Positions 63,413 through 64,000 of a stretch of 64,000 nt of DNA are shown in pieces. Numbering within the stretch: the stretch's first letter is position 1; the number at the start of each line of letters is the position of its first letter. The notes under the pieces were generated by a model. It searched no databases, was not told where the DNA came from, and worked only from the letters and a program-made list of their open reading frames with translations. The translations under genes were made by a program, and so were the position numbers. Origin of the DNA: an archaeon (GTDB lineage: Archaea > SpSt-1190 > DYHY01); NCBI GenBank assembly GCA_043803745.1, contig JAZDJS010000049.1, forward strand, positions 13,920 through 77,919, given 5' to 3'.

Positions 63413-64000
63413 TTAAATAAGGGAAACCGCGACAAGTCCGAGGACAGCAAGCCCGATCCCGACCATCTGCTTGGCGGAAATCCTCTCCTTCAGGAAAAGG
63501 AACGAAAGGGCTGCAACGACTGCCGGGGAAAGCGCCGAAACCAGGGCGGGAAGGGAGGACCCCGTCTTCTCAACCGCAAGATTGTAGAGGATGAAGCTTG
63601 CCGAATTGAAAGCGCCGATGAGGAACATCCGGCCGAACGGGAGCGAGACTTTCTTCTCCTTTTCCGGAAACATCCTTGAATAGGGGAAGAATATTGCGAA
63701 GAAAACTATCCTCGTTATTATCACCGGATAGAAGGCGCCCCCCTCGGAGACAATCGGCTTGGTCAGGAACATTGCGAACCCCCAGAAAGCCATTGCGAAA
63801 AGACCCCATTTGGCATCGGGACCGAGGCTGCCCCTTCCCGGAAATGCAATAAGGAAAATCGAGGCTGCCGCAAGAGCTGCGCCAACCAGAAATCCAATTC
63901 CGACAATTTCCCCGAGGAACGGAACTGAGAGGGCAATTGTGACAAAGGGCCATAGGTATGTTATCGGCTGGGCAATCGAGAGCTTCCCGCCCTCAAGAGC
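63413..64000 (-). CDS. DMT/EamA-family transporter, 5' partial
   Basis: Frame is open from the window end; LSVPFLGE and LSFLFLKERIS repeats. Confidence 0.85.
   Translation of the reverse strand, partial: ALEGGKLSIAQPITYLWPFVTIALSVPFLGEIVGIGFLVGAALAAASIFLIAFPGRGSLGPDAKWGLFAMAFWGFAMFLTKPIVSEGGAFYPVIITRIVFFAIFFPYSRMFPEKEKKVSLPFGRMFLIGAFNSASFILYNLAVEKTGSSLPALVSALSPAVVAALSFLFLKERISAKQMVGIGLAVLGLVAVSLI

Overview
A gene-dense archaeal window, most likely DPANN. Evidence: archaeal-type PheS/PheT, Nop5, fibrillarin, L40e, Tsr3, an archaeal initiator tRNA, class III signal-peptide pilins and TATA promoters. It holds a group 3b NiFe (sulf)hydrogenase operon with hypC, a type IV pilus/Tad-like cluster, three tRNAs (Val-CAC, iMet, Val-TAC), a small cargo island at tRNA-iMet (arginase, toxin-antitoxin pair, Fic), a stand-alone CdnE-like nucleotidyltransferase, an M23 peptidase and many ORFans. 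The most unusual signal is a recurring family of short (36-130 nt) insertions stacked at gene and tRNA ends. Each unit reads [replacement copy of the target end] - loop - [antisense copy of that end] - short tail, and the tail often ends in CTCAG, CTCGG or CTCAA. In protein genes the replacement copies are synonymously recoded (PKIAS* four times; DGESV[R/K]L[N/S]* three times) and the antisense arm follows each recoding. Units inside ORFs are multiples of 3 nt, and some insertions appear to carry cargo genes. No integrase, transposase or reverse transcriptase is visible in the window. All product calls come from motif recognition by eye, not from database searches.
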